From contig NOWV01000017.1 in the NCBI GenBank assembly GCA_003344405.1, forward strand, positions 806,001 through 855,987: a stretch of DNA of 49,987 nucleotides. Reading direction: 5' to 3'. The position numbers were made by a program, and so were the translations under genes. Origin of the DNA: Trichoplax sp. H2 (taxonomy: Eukaryota). The notes below the pieces were generated by a model. The model was not told the origin of the DNA. It searched no databases and worked only from the letters and a program-made list of their open reading frames with translations. Of this stretch, positions 26,901-39,339 are shown piece by piece (the stretch's first letter is position 1; every line of letters begins with the position of its first letter).

Positions 26901-27511
26901 GGTTGAAACAGAAGTAAAACAGCCTGGGTCAATTTCAATCGTTGACAGTGAAGATGAATATGGATAAATAAGGATAAAAAATGAAACTAGTATCAATGAC
27001 TTGATCCCATGAGATAAATATTTTCGATCATTTATTATTTTATTCTACTGTACTAGCAGTTTCATATTTGATCGTGATCGATTCTAATTACCACTAAGAT
27101 TGCAGATAATTGACCGCTATTAGCTGTGGAAATGTTGGATTGATTTAAAATAAAATACGACGCTTCTATAGAAAGAGCTCTACAAGACTTTCCCTATCAT
27201 TACTTACGGCGGATAGCGTTTGCTTGGGTAAGCTTGATTTCATGAGTACTTTAACGAAGACATCCTTATCTACTTTGCCAGATCCGCGCTGACAAGTTTG
27301 CTGGTAAACTTCACGATAAAATGATGGCACCGTATCTACCAATGGTGTATCACACATCATATACAAAAGATAATAAATCATTAGAACATTTCTAGCCTCA
27401 TCTCATGATAACTACTGCTAGCATAAACAGGAAGAGGGATTGGAATAGCCTACAAAAAGATCTAAAAACAGAAAAAAATTACAATAACTAACTTGCATTA
27501 AAACCAGACAT
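20971..27511 (-). CDS. SNX8: Sorting nexin 8 / Mvp1 (PX-BAR) with N-terminal EH-like extension
   Basis: PX motifs VNVEIVPEKKGLFLKHVEY, RRYSDFCALHEVLLQRFPYRAIPRLPPK and REFLEARCRALRRYLSLICRHPV. BAR exons DLCDRHEKGVIKDHQSALQK and VDQLESRIIEQESEISNMEFRNYYSLHCVHMETQLVH. Last exon KLAAWEKMIPIV...SSPH-TAA ends at 20971. 5' exons 27511-27493 (MSGFNA), 27335-27208 and 24559-24424 splice in frame. Confidence 0.93.
23958..24262. repeat. Intronic minisatellite, about 5 degenerate copies of ~60-65 bp
   Basis: Unit like agcaagacttatcttgatatcgtcagccatgcaacgcatattaggacaatatacatt, starting near 23961, 24027, 24088, 24149 and 24210. Confidence 0.85.
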
Positions 27512-27599
27512 GTTTTGATAATATGCTAAATGCAAAGTGTTAATGCTCTTCTGATCATTGGCTTCTCAGCCCTTCATACTATTACTGTCTTGGCTAGAG

Positions 27600-27760
27600 T
27601 GCCTAGTATGTTGCATACAGTGTATTGTACTGTACACTGTGTACTGTCTTCTTTTGGCCTGTACTGTACTGTACAGTACTAAGTCAACTACAGTTAGTAG
27701 TGATTAAGTTGTCTTACACTAACTCCTCTAACTACAGTATAGCCGATATCTGCAGGACGG
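27600..27760. promoter_or_regulatory. Putative divergent promoter for SNX8 and the EVG1 transcription unit
   Basis: tactgtac/tacagtac cluster about 100 nt upstream of the SNX8 ATG; the next gene points the other way. Confidence 0.5.
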
Positions 27761-29033
27761 ATCCTGGACATAGACGTTTTCAAAAAGTATAAATCGTAGT
27801 TAAGTACAGGATTGTGTGGTAATTGTGTCTTCCAGCTTCTTATTATTATAAAACAGTAAAAATAAGATCTCTAACGGTTACAGTAGAGTGGACTTTGCTC
27901 ATTGGAGCTTTCTACCTTGAAGGTTTTGCTCATCTACTGCAGCGTATACCCATCTGGAATAGTGTGCTGGCCTCATAGGTGTAACTGTATCTTGTTGGCG
28001 AATCAGAATTCCTTTCTTGTTTTGTTGAAAAATTATAATGATAGCAATCGTCAACAGAATCGCTACTGTAGTACAGCACCAACTGTAGTAGATTACTAAT
28101 GATCCAGTTCATGATATACTCTTCTATGAAGATATAGAGCGTCTTATCGGAAGCTACTTCACCACTTGAACTTACAGTACTGTAAATCGAGTTTGAAGTT
28201 TATCCATGTTCCAGTGTTAAATTCTGTATTACAGTAGAAATAACTATGTTAGGATAATTCTGTTAGATTATCCTTATTTAGTTAACTTCTAATTTGGATA
28301 TACTGTGTTTTAATATAGCACCGACTCTTTATGACAGTGACACTTATACACATACTGAAATTAATAGTTATAATAGGGAATGCAAATCATCTGCTTACAG
28401 TTCGAATCATTGTGATTGTAATTTATTTATGGTAGACTGTAAATTATCATGGAAATATTCCGTGATAGGACATATCGTAATCTGACTATTCTGTATTAGT
28501 CATTATATGTCTATGTTCGTAAATACTGTTGTCTACATTAAGGGAGCAGTAGCTAAAATTAATATCTAATTCAGTAAATGATTCCGAGGTTAATCGTACT
28601 AACTATGACTCATGAACTATTAAGGAATAGAATATAAATGCAGTATATCGTGAAATAAAGAGAATTCTCCAACTTAGTGTTTAACGTAAAATACGAGGCG
28701 TTTAAGTCTTTGTGTAGTCTGCTAGTAGAGCAAAAGTGTTTGTGATAGTGCAGATATCGTTCCTTGATACGTGGTTCAAGGAATTGACTTATTGATCGTA
28801 TATTGCGGTATCTTGTTGCAAAGCTGTTTTGTGACAATCCATTAAATCAATAGGTTAACTACCCTAATAATCTACTGGTGTGCGACATCAAACAATGTCA
28901 TCTTCATTCAGCAAGTTATTAAGTAGCTTTTGATTACGTGATCACTTATTGACTGCGCTATACTGAGAGTATGCTGTCCATTATTTATTTACTTTACTTT
29001 ATTGATAATATTTATGATTCATCCTCTAGATTG

Positions 29034-29829
29034 ATGTTTGGTATATCAATTCGATGGAGACGTACAGCATACGACAGTACAGCTATAGCAACATAATACT
29101 ATCATCAGTGGAATACTTCACGACATCTAAAAAAAGTATCTAAAGTCCCATCGAAATCTAAAGATGATTTTCACCATGGGCACATAAACAGTTGTTAGTT
29201 TATATTATACTATCGATGTTTTTACTCGTTTTAATCAATTAATTATTTATTAATATTATTCATGGCAATGCTACATTGCACGCATGCCTACAAAAGATTG
29301 GAGGTCCCTCCCAGTTTGTTGTCAACGTTTCTTAGATACCGAACAACAGTTCGAGTCCTGTATCAGGCTGGCCAAACTAGAGTATAAGAATAAGGAATTT
29401 ACCCAAAGCGGGATCACAACTTGCTATTTATACCCTATAAATTATCATCGAATCGATAAATACTCGTACTTATCCATTAGTTTACACATAGAACAGTTGT
29501 GTGATACAATACATCAGAGCAATTTTACTTCGCTATATAGTTCATCAGCGTACTTTAAAATTATCGGATAATATTAGGAAACTCTTATAATCTATTTGTT
29601 TTGAATTGGTACTAGGATAAATTCATCGATTGAAAAGCTTGTATTAGCTGTCGATCTAGTTGCAATTAATCCATTAAGCAGGAAGGTACTTTCCGCACTA
29701 CTGCATTAGAAAGATCTTGTTCAATTCTCATATACTATTAAGATATTAGTAAAGGATGGCAACCTCAACACGAGATTATACACCCGTTGCAAAAGGAGGA
29801 TTTTGGAATTCTACGAAGCCACCACTTAG
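29034..29829 (+). pseudogene. Spliced upstream ORF or decaying gene of unknown function, running into the first coding exon of EVG1
   Basis: Exon-like blocks 29030-29193, 29297-29410, 29492-29549, 29616-29685 and 29743-29829 join in one frame, but with an in-frame TAA at 29094 and a GG instead of GT donor at 29411. That 81-nt intron is in frame and stop-free. Confidence 0.35.
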
Positions 29830-31644
29830 CAAAGAAACTCAAGACTTATTAAAAGGTAACCCCAGCAAGTACCAAACCGAATAGAATTATGATACATTAT
29901 CCACTGTAACTAATAGCAGTAATCAAAGTATAGATGCTATATATTGCATGAAAGAATAACATTAAAACCTTCATAACCTTTGTAAATGAATGAATGATAG
30001 CTTGTTCTATTTTGTCTCTATGACAAATAGGTTAGAATTATCCTAGTTATGCTTGATAGTTTTACTTGTAAATTCTCTACCCTAAATATCCTTGAAGAAA
30101 GTGTATTTTACATCAAAATCTGTATTTTAAATTTTTAGTAGTTGCTACGAATGCATAGCAAGAAAAAGTTGAAATAGATACTATCATACCGTATTTTTAC
30201 AATACAATCTACTTTTAGTACGTTATAGTAGATACATATGACACGCCAGAAATAGCAGCTATGAAAATAATAGTTTTTAAATTTATCGATACTAAACATA
30301 TCTCTCTAACATGAATTTCCGCTAACAGTGATGATGAAGGAATCTAAGCTTACCAACTTTCAACAGCGACAAATTAACGAAAGAATAAACTGTGAGCAAG
30401 CTATTATAATTTAATTTAAAATATAGCGTTTGAAAATCTTGAACTTTTCTTACTTATTCAATGATTTGTTAACATTACAGCCGGTCAAGGCTTACCTGTT
30501 AAAGCTCACTCCACGTCATCAAGAAAACATCACAATGGTGAGGCTACTGCAGACAGAAAGAAAGTTTTAAACCCAAAAAATTATCTTGGTGGAATAAGAA
30601 GTAAAGACAAAATACAAAATATAGTCAAGAAACAAAACGAAGATACGCCAACCTATACCCCTCCTTTCAACACAAGTATGCGTTGAAGAACACCTTGCAT
30701 GCTAATATTCATATTAATTTAATTCAGCCAGCATATAAATCTTAATCATGATTTTTACATAAAATTACAATATCTACAATATCATTAAAATATTTCAATA
30801 GCAGATCCACATTTTAAAAATCGATTAGTTCATATCTCCATCTCTTCAAGATATTTTCCAGATCAACTAATCTAGTTTTTTTTATGTAGAAAAAATTACT
30901 GATAATGATAAGAGGAGACTACAGAATCTTATGGCTTATGGTCAGGACGTCACAAATGCCGACGAAGTAGCAAGAAATACCAACACTCTTCCACAACGAG
31001 ATGAACCAATAGAAATTGATCGTTTCGAGGAAGGTTAGAACTCTAGATTATATTGTTGTGCAATATTTCATATATCAGTTTACTTCGTAATACCTTAGTT
31101 AGATTAAGAACACATAATTGCTCATCTATTTACATTAAACATCTCATTTCTAAGAAATAATACTGCAACATAATGTACTTGGATAATATAATAATATCAG
31201 ATTTATAGTAATAAACTACATTATTAAAGACATTACCAATTAGAGAGACTCAATTTCGCTAAAATATATCTTTTCTATAGTACTTGCGGAAATTGAAGAT
31301 AGAAAAGAATTTCTAGAAACTATGGAGTCACTAGGGAAAGGAAAAGAGCTTAAAAGTAGGATACTAGCAGAAATATCAATGGTAAGATTTGATAAATTCG
31401 CAAGTTTTATACCTAATTTTGTTATATACGATCTTAGTTCGTAAATACAAACATTGATTTTCAACCTATATACATGAGATCATTTCATTAGTACTAATTC
31501 GTGCAAATTCTAATCGTAATTATTTAGAAAATAAGAGAATTAGAGAAAATTGATCGGAAAAGATCGCAGGAAGTAAAAGATTCCTTTCCGGCTGATCAAC
31601 TATCTAGCCGTTTTACTTCTCCAATTCAACCGTGGGAAGAATAA
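29756..31644 (+). CDS. C22orf23: UPF0193 protein EVG1 homolog
   Basis: Six phase-consistent exons (29756-29855, 30329-30391, 30481-30675, 30890-31033, 31281-31381, 31528-31644) give 239 aa: MATSTRDYTPVAKGGFW...ETQDLLKVMMKESKLTNFQQRQI...KRRLQNLMAYGQD...IDRFEEVLAEIEDRKEFLETMESLGKGK...ILAEISMKIRELEKID, matching EVG1 family motifs. Confidence 0.92.
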
Positions 31645-33532
31645 TTACTGACTCTGTGACATATTATTAATTTACTTATCTTAATCGAGAATTATAGCAA
31701 TTCTATCATTAATAAACACTTATAACATTTTATGATCGGCATTCGATAGAAGTATATCATATAAATGTCCAGTTTCGCTACATATCGATAATTTATAATG
31801 ATCGAAATTATAAATCTCAATAACTATGAATCATCACAACAGTTGTATACTTATAAATGTTAAGCGTGCTTTTCGTATCAATGTAAGACAACTTTAAACT
31901 AATCGCATTATAAGTATAGTAATATCCTCATTGTCTAGTTTTAATAACGGATATGCCATTACTGCTTTTAGTTAAAACTAATGTATCGATTTGATTCTCT
32001 GTACATACCTAAATATTATAAAATGCTATTTAATTAAATCAATTTTGCCTTTTTAAATACTTAAAGTACTATGGTACTACAGTGTAACACCTGTATGTAA
32101 CGCTGTCATAGATAGATAGAAAAGCGTACAGCTTCTCCTAAACGAGAGTATAGACCTTTTTTACATTGTACATTTCTAGTTATACTTATGTACATTAATA
32201 TTCAATGTCATCTTACGTATGTGCAACAATACCACTTTAAGTCTTATTAATCAAGGTTAATAAACTGAAAATATCAAACTGAAATCACTTACATAGTATA
32301 CCCTCAATCATTACGTGACTGTGCATTGCCGTAATTAGGCTAGTAACTGAGTTGTTTGCAGACTGTGTAATTACTACGTCAGCGTTATATATGACATTAT
32401 ATCAACTATCCTATATCGAGTAGATTAATATTGGTATTTCCTGCCTTAATATCTTACAATAAAGGCTAAACAACGCAGTTACTACTTTGAAATTTGACTT
32501 TCTACATGTAAACTGATAGCCCACTATGATGCATACGAATAAATAAATGCCATGCCAGATAACTGCGAGTCAGAGTGGAAGACTTTAAAATTTTCTTACT
32601 AAACGATATAGCCAATCACAGCAATAGGTTGATTGGTGTAAAATGATACTGAAACGTTGCAAGTATTAATACATGAAACTATGAATAAAATTTATTGAAT
32701 ATTACAAGGAGTGCTTCGTTTTTATAGTGTAAAAATCACAGCCAATTTGAAACATAAAGAGGACGATGACAGTGATAGATTTATTAATAATTGAAATATT
32801 GAACTGATACAATATATAAAATTATCAATTTACCAACGCATTTATGACTATTAGCTAACTAATGAAATAGTCAAATTTTATATTAATATGATTATTTGAC
32901 ATAATAGAATATTATTATCGATAATCAATTTAGCAGTATTAAAAAAAAGCAAATCGATTATTTCCATTTTTGCCATTTCGAAAATCTGCAAACACTATAA
33001 ACGAGTAATTACTATCATAGAAATAGAATTTATCTTAAAATTTCAACTTGGAAAACAAATAAGTCTGTATTGCGAATATCTTGTTGCAAACATATTATTA
33101 ATTCTCCTTATTTACAAGCGTTTCATGATAGCATTTTTTCTTCATTTATTAAAAGTTTTATATATATACTGTATAAATAGCATCTTTTAGTGGAATAGAA
33201 TAAGCACGGCATTCTTTATTATTAGTGTTTTATTATCATCTTGCCATAGTTTGCCAAACTCTCTCCACATTGGGGATAGGAATAGTTCCATAACTGATCA
33301 CTATTACTTTTAGATATTTTCTTATGACTGAGCTAGTCATTTAATCAATTAAAAGTGCGATACCTTCTAGTCAAACCATATATCGTTCAGAGTGCTTTTA
33401 AAATATTTCCTTTAAGCATCTTCATGTAGTATTATTACTGATATTTATTAGCTGTCGCTCATTTATTGTCTTTGATATTAATATAAAATATATTGACTTC
33501 GATATTGACCGTTATAAAGTAATTCATTTTTT

Positions 33533-36500
33533 TCACTGTTGAGCACATTTTGGTTTACTAATTCTTCTCTTTTGAGGAATAAGGGACATTCTTCGTGGTG
33601 CTGCAGCTAAAGAAAAATTGTACAAGATCTGATAAGTACTATTGATAACCGATTTTCTCTTTGATTATTGTTTACTGACTATCTTTGCATAATATGGTTT
33701 TACTTAATAAAATTAAATTAAATTGATATGTTATTTAAGCTGATAAGAAATTCAATTTCATTTACAATTAAATTAAAACAAACCTTGTAAGCGATTGTTA
33801 ATTTCATTCCTATATTTGAAATTACTATAAGAAAGAAAGATAGAAGATTAAGATATAGGTAGGGAAGCTACCAAATAGGGATAATAATTACAAATTATTA
33901 GAACAAAGTTTTACATTAAATTAATACCGTCGTTTTGATTATCAGTTTTTGACTTACTTATGCCCTTGTTCATTAACTTGAGTCATGATACGTCCTCTTC
34001 TTTCATTAATTGCTTTTAACTCTCGAATATAACCTCTATAGTCATTTGTATCATCTTCTGATCTAGTTTCTAAGATGGAAAAAGTAAAGTTTTACTACCA
34101 CTTATTCAATTACGAGTAGATCACTGTAATTACTAAATGGATAATTAATATTAAAGTTAACTAGCAGCTTGACGAAACTTGCATTACAAACAGCGATCGA
34201 AAAACTAAATACCATTTTGCTGATAGTATCAAATTGGTTCTATTCTACTGATGATTTGAAAAAATTCGGAAATTATCATTAACTTTAGTTATCACTATTG
34301 TCATAAAAGTCACCGGTATATCATTGATCATTTGAAGAAATGCAGATAGTATATAATTAGTTCAATTTCTTATTAACTAGCATTAGCAAGAGCCTAAAGG
34401 GTCCACAATATAATCAACAGTAACAATTATTTTTAGCTGGATTTAGGATAGCTTGAACAGACCTTTCTTGTCCAATTGCATTAATTTCTTAAGGATATAT
34501 TCTTCTCTACGTTCAACGACCCTGTTATATAAAGTTAAGCGTTCAAATTATTGGTACTAGCAGATCCCATGAGAGGAAATGTTGTAATGCATAATTATTA
34601 ACATCTTGACAAAAATATAAAGGAGAAATAGACTGTATCGCTCAACATCTCTTTAGAAGTATAAAATGTCGAATAAATTGTTTCCGTTAAGGGCTAGAGA
34701 ACTTACAAAAGTAATAGAGAAGCTTCTCGTTTAACGATATTTAATTCTTCATCCTTGAGTAAAATCAGTCTTTCCTTTACTCCTATCTTGTATTGATCGC
34801 CTTATAATAGCAACACAGAAAGATTATATTATTACAAATCGAAATTCATTTTTAGTCCCCTTTCTAATTAAACTTGAATTTATTGCAACAGCAAATACAG
34901 TAAAACAGAAATTTAGTGTATCTTTTGATATCCTCGATTTTAGTGACAAAGAGCATATAGTAATTTCACCTTTGCTTAACAAAATTAATTACTGAAGCGC
35001 ACTAGTAAAAAGAAATTACTTTACCTCCTGCTTCATAAAGCTCTTTCTCTAAACGATTTCGTTGGGCTTCTAGACGGGCTTGTTTAACGTAAAGCATGGT
35101 AATATCATTCATAGTAATGTCAATAAAATGTAAAGATTGATTTTCTCCTTCGCTAGGAAGTTGGATTCTTGCAGGTGGAGGATTTGCAATGCGTCTTTGG
35201 ACATCACCAGCTTCACTTTCATTATCAATACCAGTATAGACACTATCATTTTCACTTGTATCATCATCGGATGCATGGCCTAGCGCTTGCTTTGCATTTT
35301 TATCTATATTGGATGCTAAGCTTTCTTTACTACCATAATTTTTACCACCCATAGAATTGAGCGATCGTGTGCTCGATCGTAAAATATTCTCTAAGCTACG
35401 AGCAATATCTTTAGTACGTCGACGGGATACATCGGTTAAGCTGTTGGACATAGTACGAATACGATATTTAGTAGCTCGATCAAAGTGGCTAGTACTTGGT
35501 GTTGATGGCGCAGTGCCTGCATAGGGATTAATTTTAGTCGATGTTGCCTTATTTAAATTAGTCATACTATTAGCCCGTCCACAACGTTGGCAGTAAAATC
35601 GATCTTCGGCTTCATCATAGACATACGATATACGTGATAAATGGCGACCACAAGTAAAACAACGAAAGCAATGACGATGCATGATATGATTTTCAATGGT
35701 TAAGCAATTATGAGTACCGATGATTTTACTACAGCAATAATCACAAACTGGGTCCGATTTACTGGCTGATGACGCAGAATTGATATTGTTGTAATAAGCT
35801 GGTAATGTAGGCTGGATATTTCTATTTGGAAGCGCTGCTTCATAGGTTGATGGTGTTGTTATTGGTGACTTGTCTGTGTTCTGATTTAAACTAGGATCGT
35901 AATGATCTTGTAAAGTTTGAGCTCGTTTTAATGGAGCTCGAGGACGAGGTGCTATTGGATCCGATGGACTTTTACGATTAGGAGAAGTAGGATAATTACG
36001 ATCATATTCTTCTGAAGCTGAAGTATCAAGACTACGATATCGGCTATGCATAGCGCTTAATTTTGTTTCTTTATTTGGGCTGATAGGAGAATAACGATGA
36101 ATGATTTGATCATTACCCGTCGCATCGTCAATGCCATCCAAACGAGGACTAGGCGAAGTTAATAATTGTCGATCGATATTTTTCTTATTGGATAACGAAA
36201 AGAGATCAGCTACATTTGGTTTTTCACTATTTTTATTGGTTAGAGAAGGATCAATATCATCTAACCTGTCATCATTTTGACTTTGTGTATTCTGTAGATC
36301 AGTAGCAATGCTTAATCCAATCGATCTTGATTGATCGATTGCATCGGTTGATTGATCATTCAATGATTGATTAGGTTCAGAATGTAATTTGGATTGAAAA
36401 TTGGCAGTATTTCCTTCTTCTTTACTACGTTGACTACCAGATAGATTGGTTGATGGACTAGAAGCTAGACTTTCCATATTCTTGGAATGACCCGTTGATC

Positions 36501-38130
36501 GAGCTTTCAGCTCACTTTCCGTTGGAAGACTTCGTTTTGCTTTCAACATCTTTGCTTTTTGGATTGCTGCTTGTAATTCGTCTTTCCGTTTGGTTTCCGG
36601 CGAACCTGGCGAACTGTACATAGGCGCTCTAGTGCGTTTAACCATACGTTCAGGCTCTCTTGCTTGCTGATTCGAACTCCTTTTACTCGATTCATCATTT
36701 ATTTTATTTCCGTCAGCATCTTTCGATAATGCTGTTACCTTACTTCTATCTAGTGGATTGGATTGCATTGCCCTATCGCTATGGCCAACTTTCTTCTCAT
36801 TTGGATACCGGTTAGGCATTACTTTAGCCGACGCCTTGTGTGAATCATGTAACTTATGGCTACTCCTTGTATATTCTGTACTCATGGTATTATTGCTGTC
36901 TATATCTTTGCTACTTTCTATTAAATGGATCGGATTGACCATATTGTCCGAATTGATTTGATTAAAATCAGGCAAGTTAACTGCTTCCTGATCAACAAGA
37001 TTCTTATTAATATTACTGCTGATAGTATCGATATTATGAATTAGATTATTCTTGATAGAAGTGTTAATAGTCTGATTAGTTCGATTGAAAAGCTGTTGCA
37101 AACCAATTGAATCTTGTTGATGCCAATTGGGGTAGATTTCAGTATTTTTATGACTGTAATGTTGTAGGTCAATCGATTGTCTTAGACCGTCTAATTTATC
37201 AGCAGTAAGGATAGGATTGGGTTCACTTTGGACTTGAAAAATATCTTGAGCTGTCTGTTCGTTAGGTGTATTTATGAAGGACGAATTGTACAGATTATCA
37301 GATGAAAAATGTTGAACGATAGGACTATTTCCAAGGGTATTTTCACTAATCGATAGATTGAAGCTGTTGGATCTGGATTGATGATTGGATTCAATTAGCT
37401 CGCTGTAACGGATTGGATTGCTATCGTCTTGTTGTGGTAGAGCTCGTGTCGATAGTAAACTTTGTTGTTGAGTATTAAAATCGTTGACAATTTCTTCTTT
37501 CGGACTCAATTCGTCTCGTTGTACCTCGATAGAATAAGTTAAATTACTGGTTTTATAACTAGGACTACGAATACTAGCAATATCGATATCGTCGATGCTA
37601 TCGCTATGAGTATTATCGTAGCGTTCAATTTGTTGGTTATAAGTTATAGATGAATCAGTTCGCAATGGCGCAATCAGACGAATCTAGATGCAGAAATAAT
37701 AAAAGAAAGAGCGTTAATACGTCTATCATGGTCGACAGATTGATTTACTTTTAACAAGTTGAATCTCAATAGCTGTTATAATATTAATAGGTGAAAAATT
37801 GGTCAAAGTTTATTTCAATTCTTTGCACTCTACTTTAAATTAGAATACTTTTTCAATCATGTTAAGGATATAATAACGAATACGTGATGGCGTTGAAAGT
37901 AACTGACAAAGTAATCATGGAAATTTCATATATCAATCTTGATGAATCCATCTTAATGGAAAGCTTAAGACTACTTGAAATCAATGGATTAGAGCATTCA
38001 AGCAGCAATGAACAGTGACGAAATTGCTATACCGATATTTAGATGAATAATAAATCTTTACCAAGTTGGTTTTAAAATCGAGTGGATCATAGAACGGTCC
38101 ATAAAGGGAAATGGAATGAATATTGGTCAT
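33533..38130 (-). CDS. LIM domain + C-terminal bMERB-like coiled coil + CaaX protein (MICAL-like/EHBP1 group), about 1035 aa
   Basis: Phase-consistent exons 38130-38062 (start tentative), 37683-35025, 34800-34707, 34521-34463, 34069-33958, 33824-33784 and 33606-33533. Long low-complexity N-terminal region; LIM domain at 35745-35581 (CDYC..HRHCFRCFTC..FYCQRC); helical C-terminus (QARLEAQRNRLEKELY...LNIVKREASLLL...ELKAINERRGRIM); ends KPKCAQQ-stop. Confidence 0.75.
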
Positions 38131-39339
38131 TTTGGTGATCCTCTTTTCTATCGGATAAAACGAACTGTACAAGCCTGGAGTGAATAGGGGATGAATTCGA
38201 TAGTTGGAATGTTTATCAAGGGGTGTTGGAGAACAACGAATAATAAGGTGTAGCTGGAGCAGTTAATTCTTCCTAGACATTTTGTCTTTATATAGGATCG
38301 ATTGGCATGTCATTGCTGTCAGTAAGATACAAAGCTCAAGTCTGCCTTATTACTCAATAGCGATGTTGATGTATATTTTAAGATAGACAAGAAGAACGTA
38401 ATCACTTGCTATTGCCATTTCATTATCCTACATTGATCTCCTATATCCGCTCGGACGTTAGTAAATTTAATCAATCAACATTCCTTACCGACATCAATAA
38501 TGTTTTAGTCATCCTTTCTTCCATCAATACTGTAGATTTAAATTAAATTAATCAAGATCAAAGATGGTTTATCGTTTGTTTTTCTCTACTTCCAATACAA
38601 AGCCTATTTGATATACAAGTTGATCTTGAAGACAAAGTAGCAATACCCAAGGGTTTCAATATTGTTAAAGTATAAACTATTTTAATGGTAGTGTAATAAA
38701 GTAGTCTATTGAAGTAATTTATTTGTAGTAATTAAGGCACGAAATAGAAAAACAATCTTATGAATGATCCATTATCGCTGTTGGACTATTATTATTACTT
38801 CATTTTGTAAGCAGGATACCGCCATCAATAATCGACCTGAAGGCAAGGTGCTGAGATTGAATATGAAATAGCGATTAGACAAAGCTTATGGTCTTTCTTT
38901 TCTTCTCATATTGTATCATGAAGATAATTAATCCAACATTGAAACTGCTATAAACTGACATAGGGAATTAGACGAGTCAAAGTTTAGTATTTGATTACCT
39001 CAGGTTTCTATTTGGTTTTGTGTCTTGGATAATAAAATTATTTATTCGTTTCTGAGCAATAAACTGTCGCCGAAATGGACTTTACAATACTGATGATCGT
39101 AGAAGTGGGAAAAAACTTTGCGGATTTGAACTAGGAGTGCAATTAGATACAGAATAATACTGTAATTAGGATATCGTTTGTTCTATATTTTATCGCTCTC
39201 GACTTTATGCGGTCCAGGATAGCGGAAGGGGAACAAATATTCTGAATATTTATGTTAAAAGGACATTCAATATCAATAATGGACATAAAAAAGTGAAAAA
39301 ATGACTCATAAAAAGAAATCGGTTTAGATTTAGAAACTC

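Noticed and set aside
27900..28112. Short ORFs on both strands, including a hydrophobic minus-strand stretch
   Set aside because: No start or splice structure linking them into a gene and no recognisable family.
29330..29375. GTTCGAGTCC B-box / tRNA T-loop-like motif
   Set aside because: No cloverleaf, acceptor stem or A-box; it lies in an exon-like ORF.
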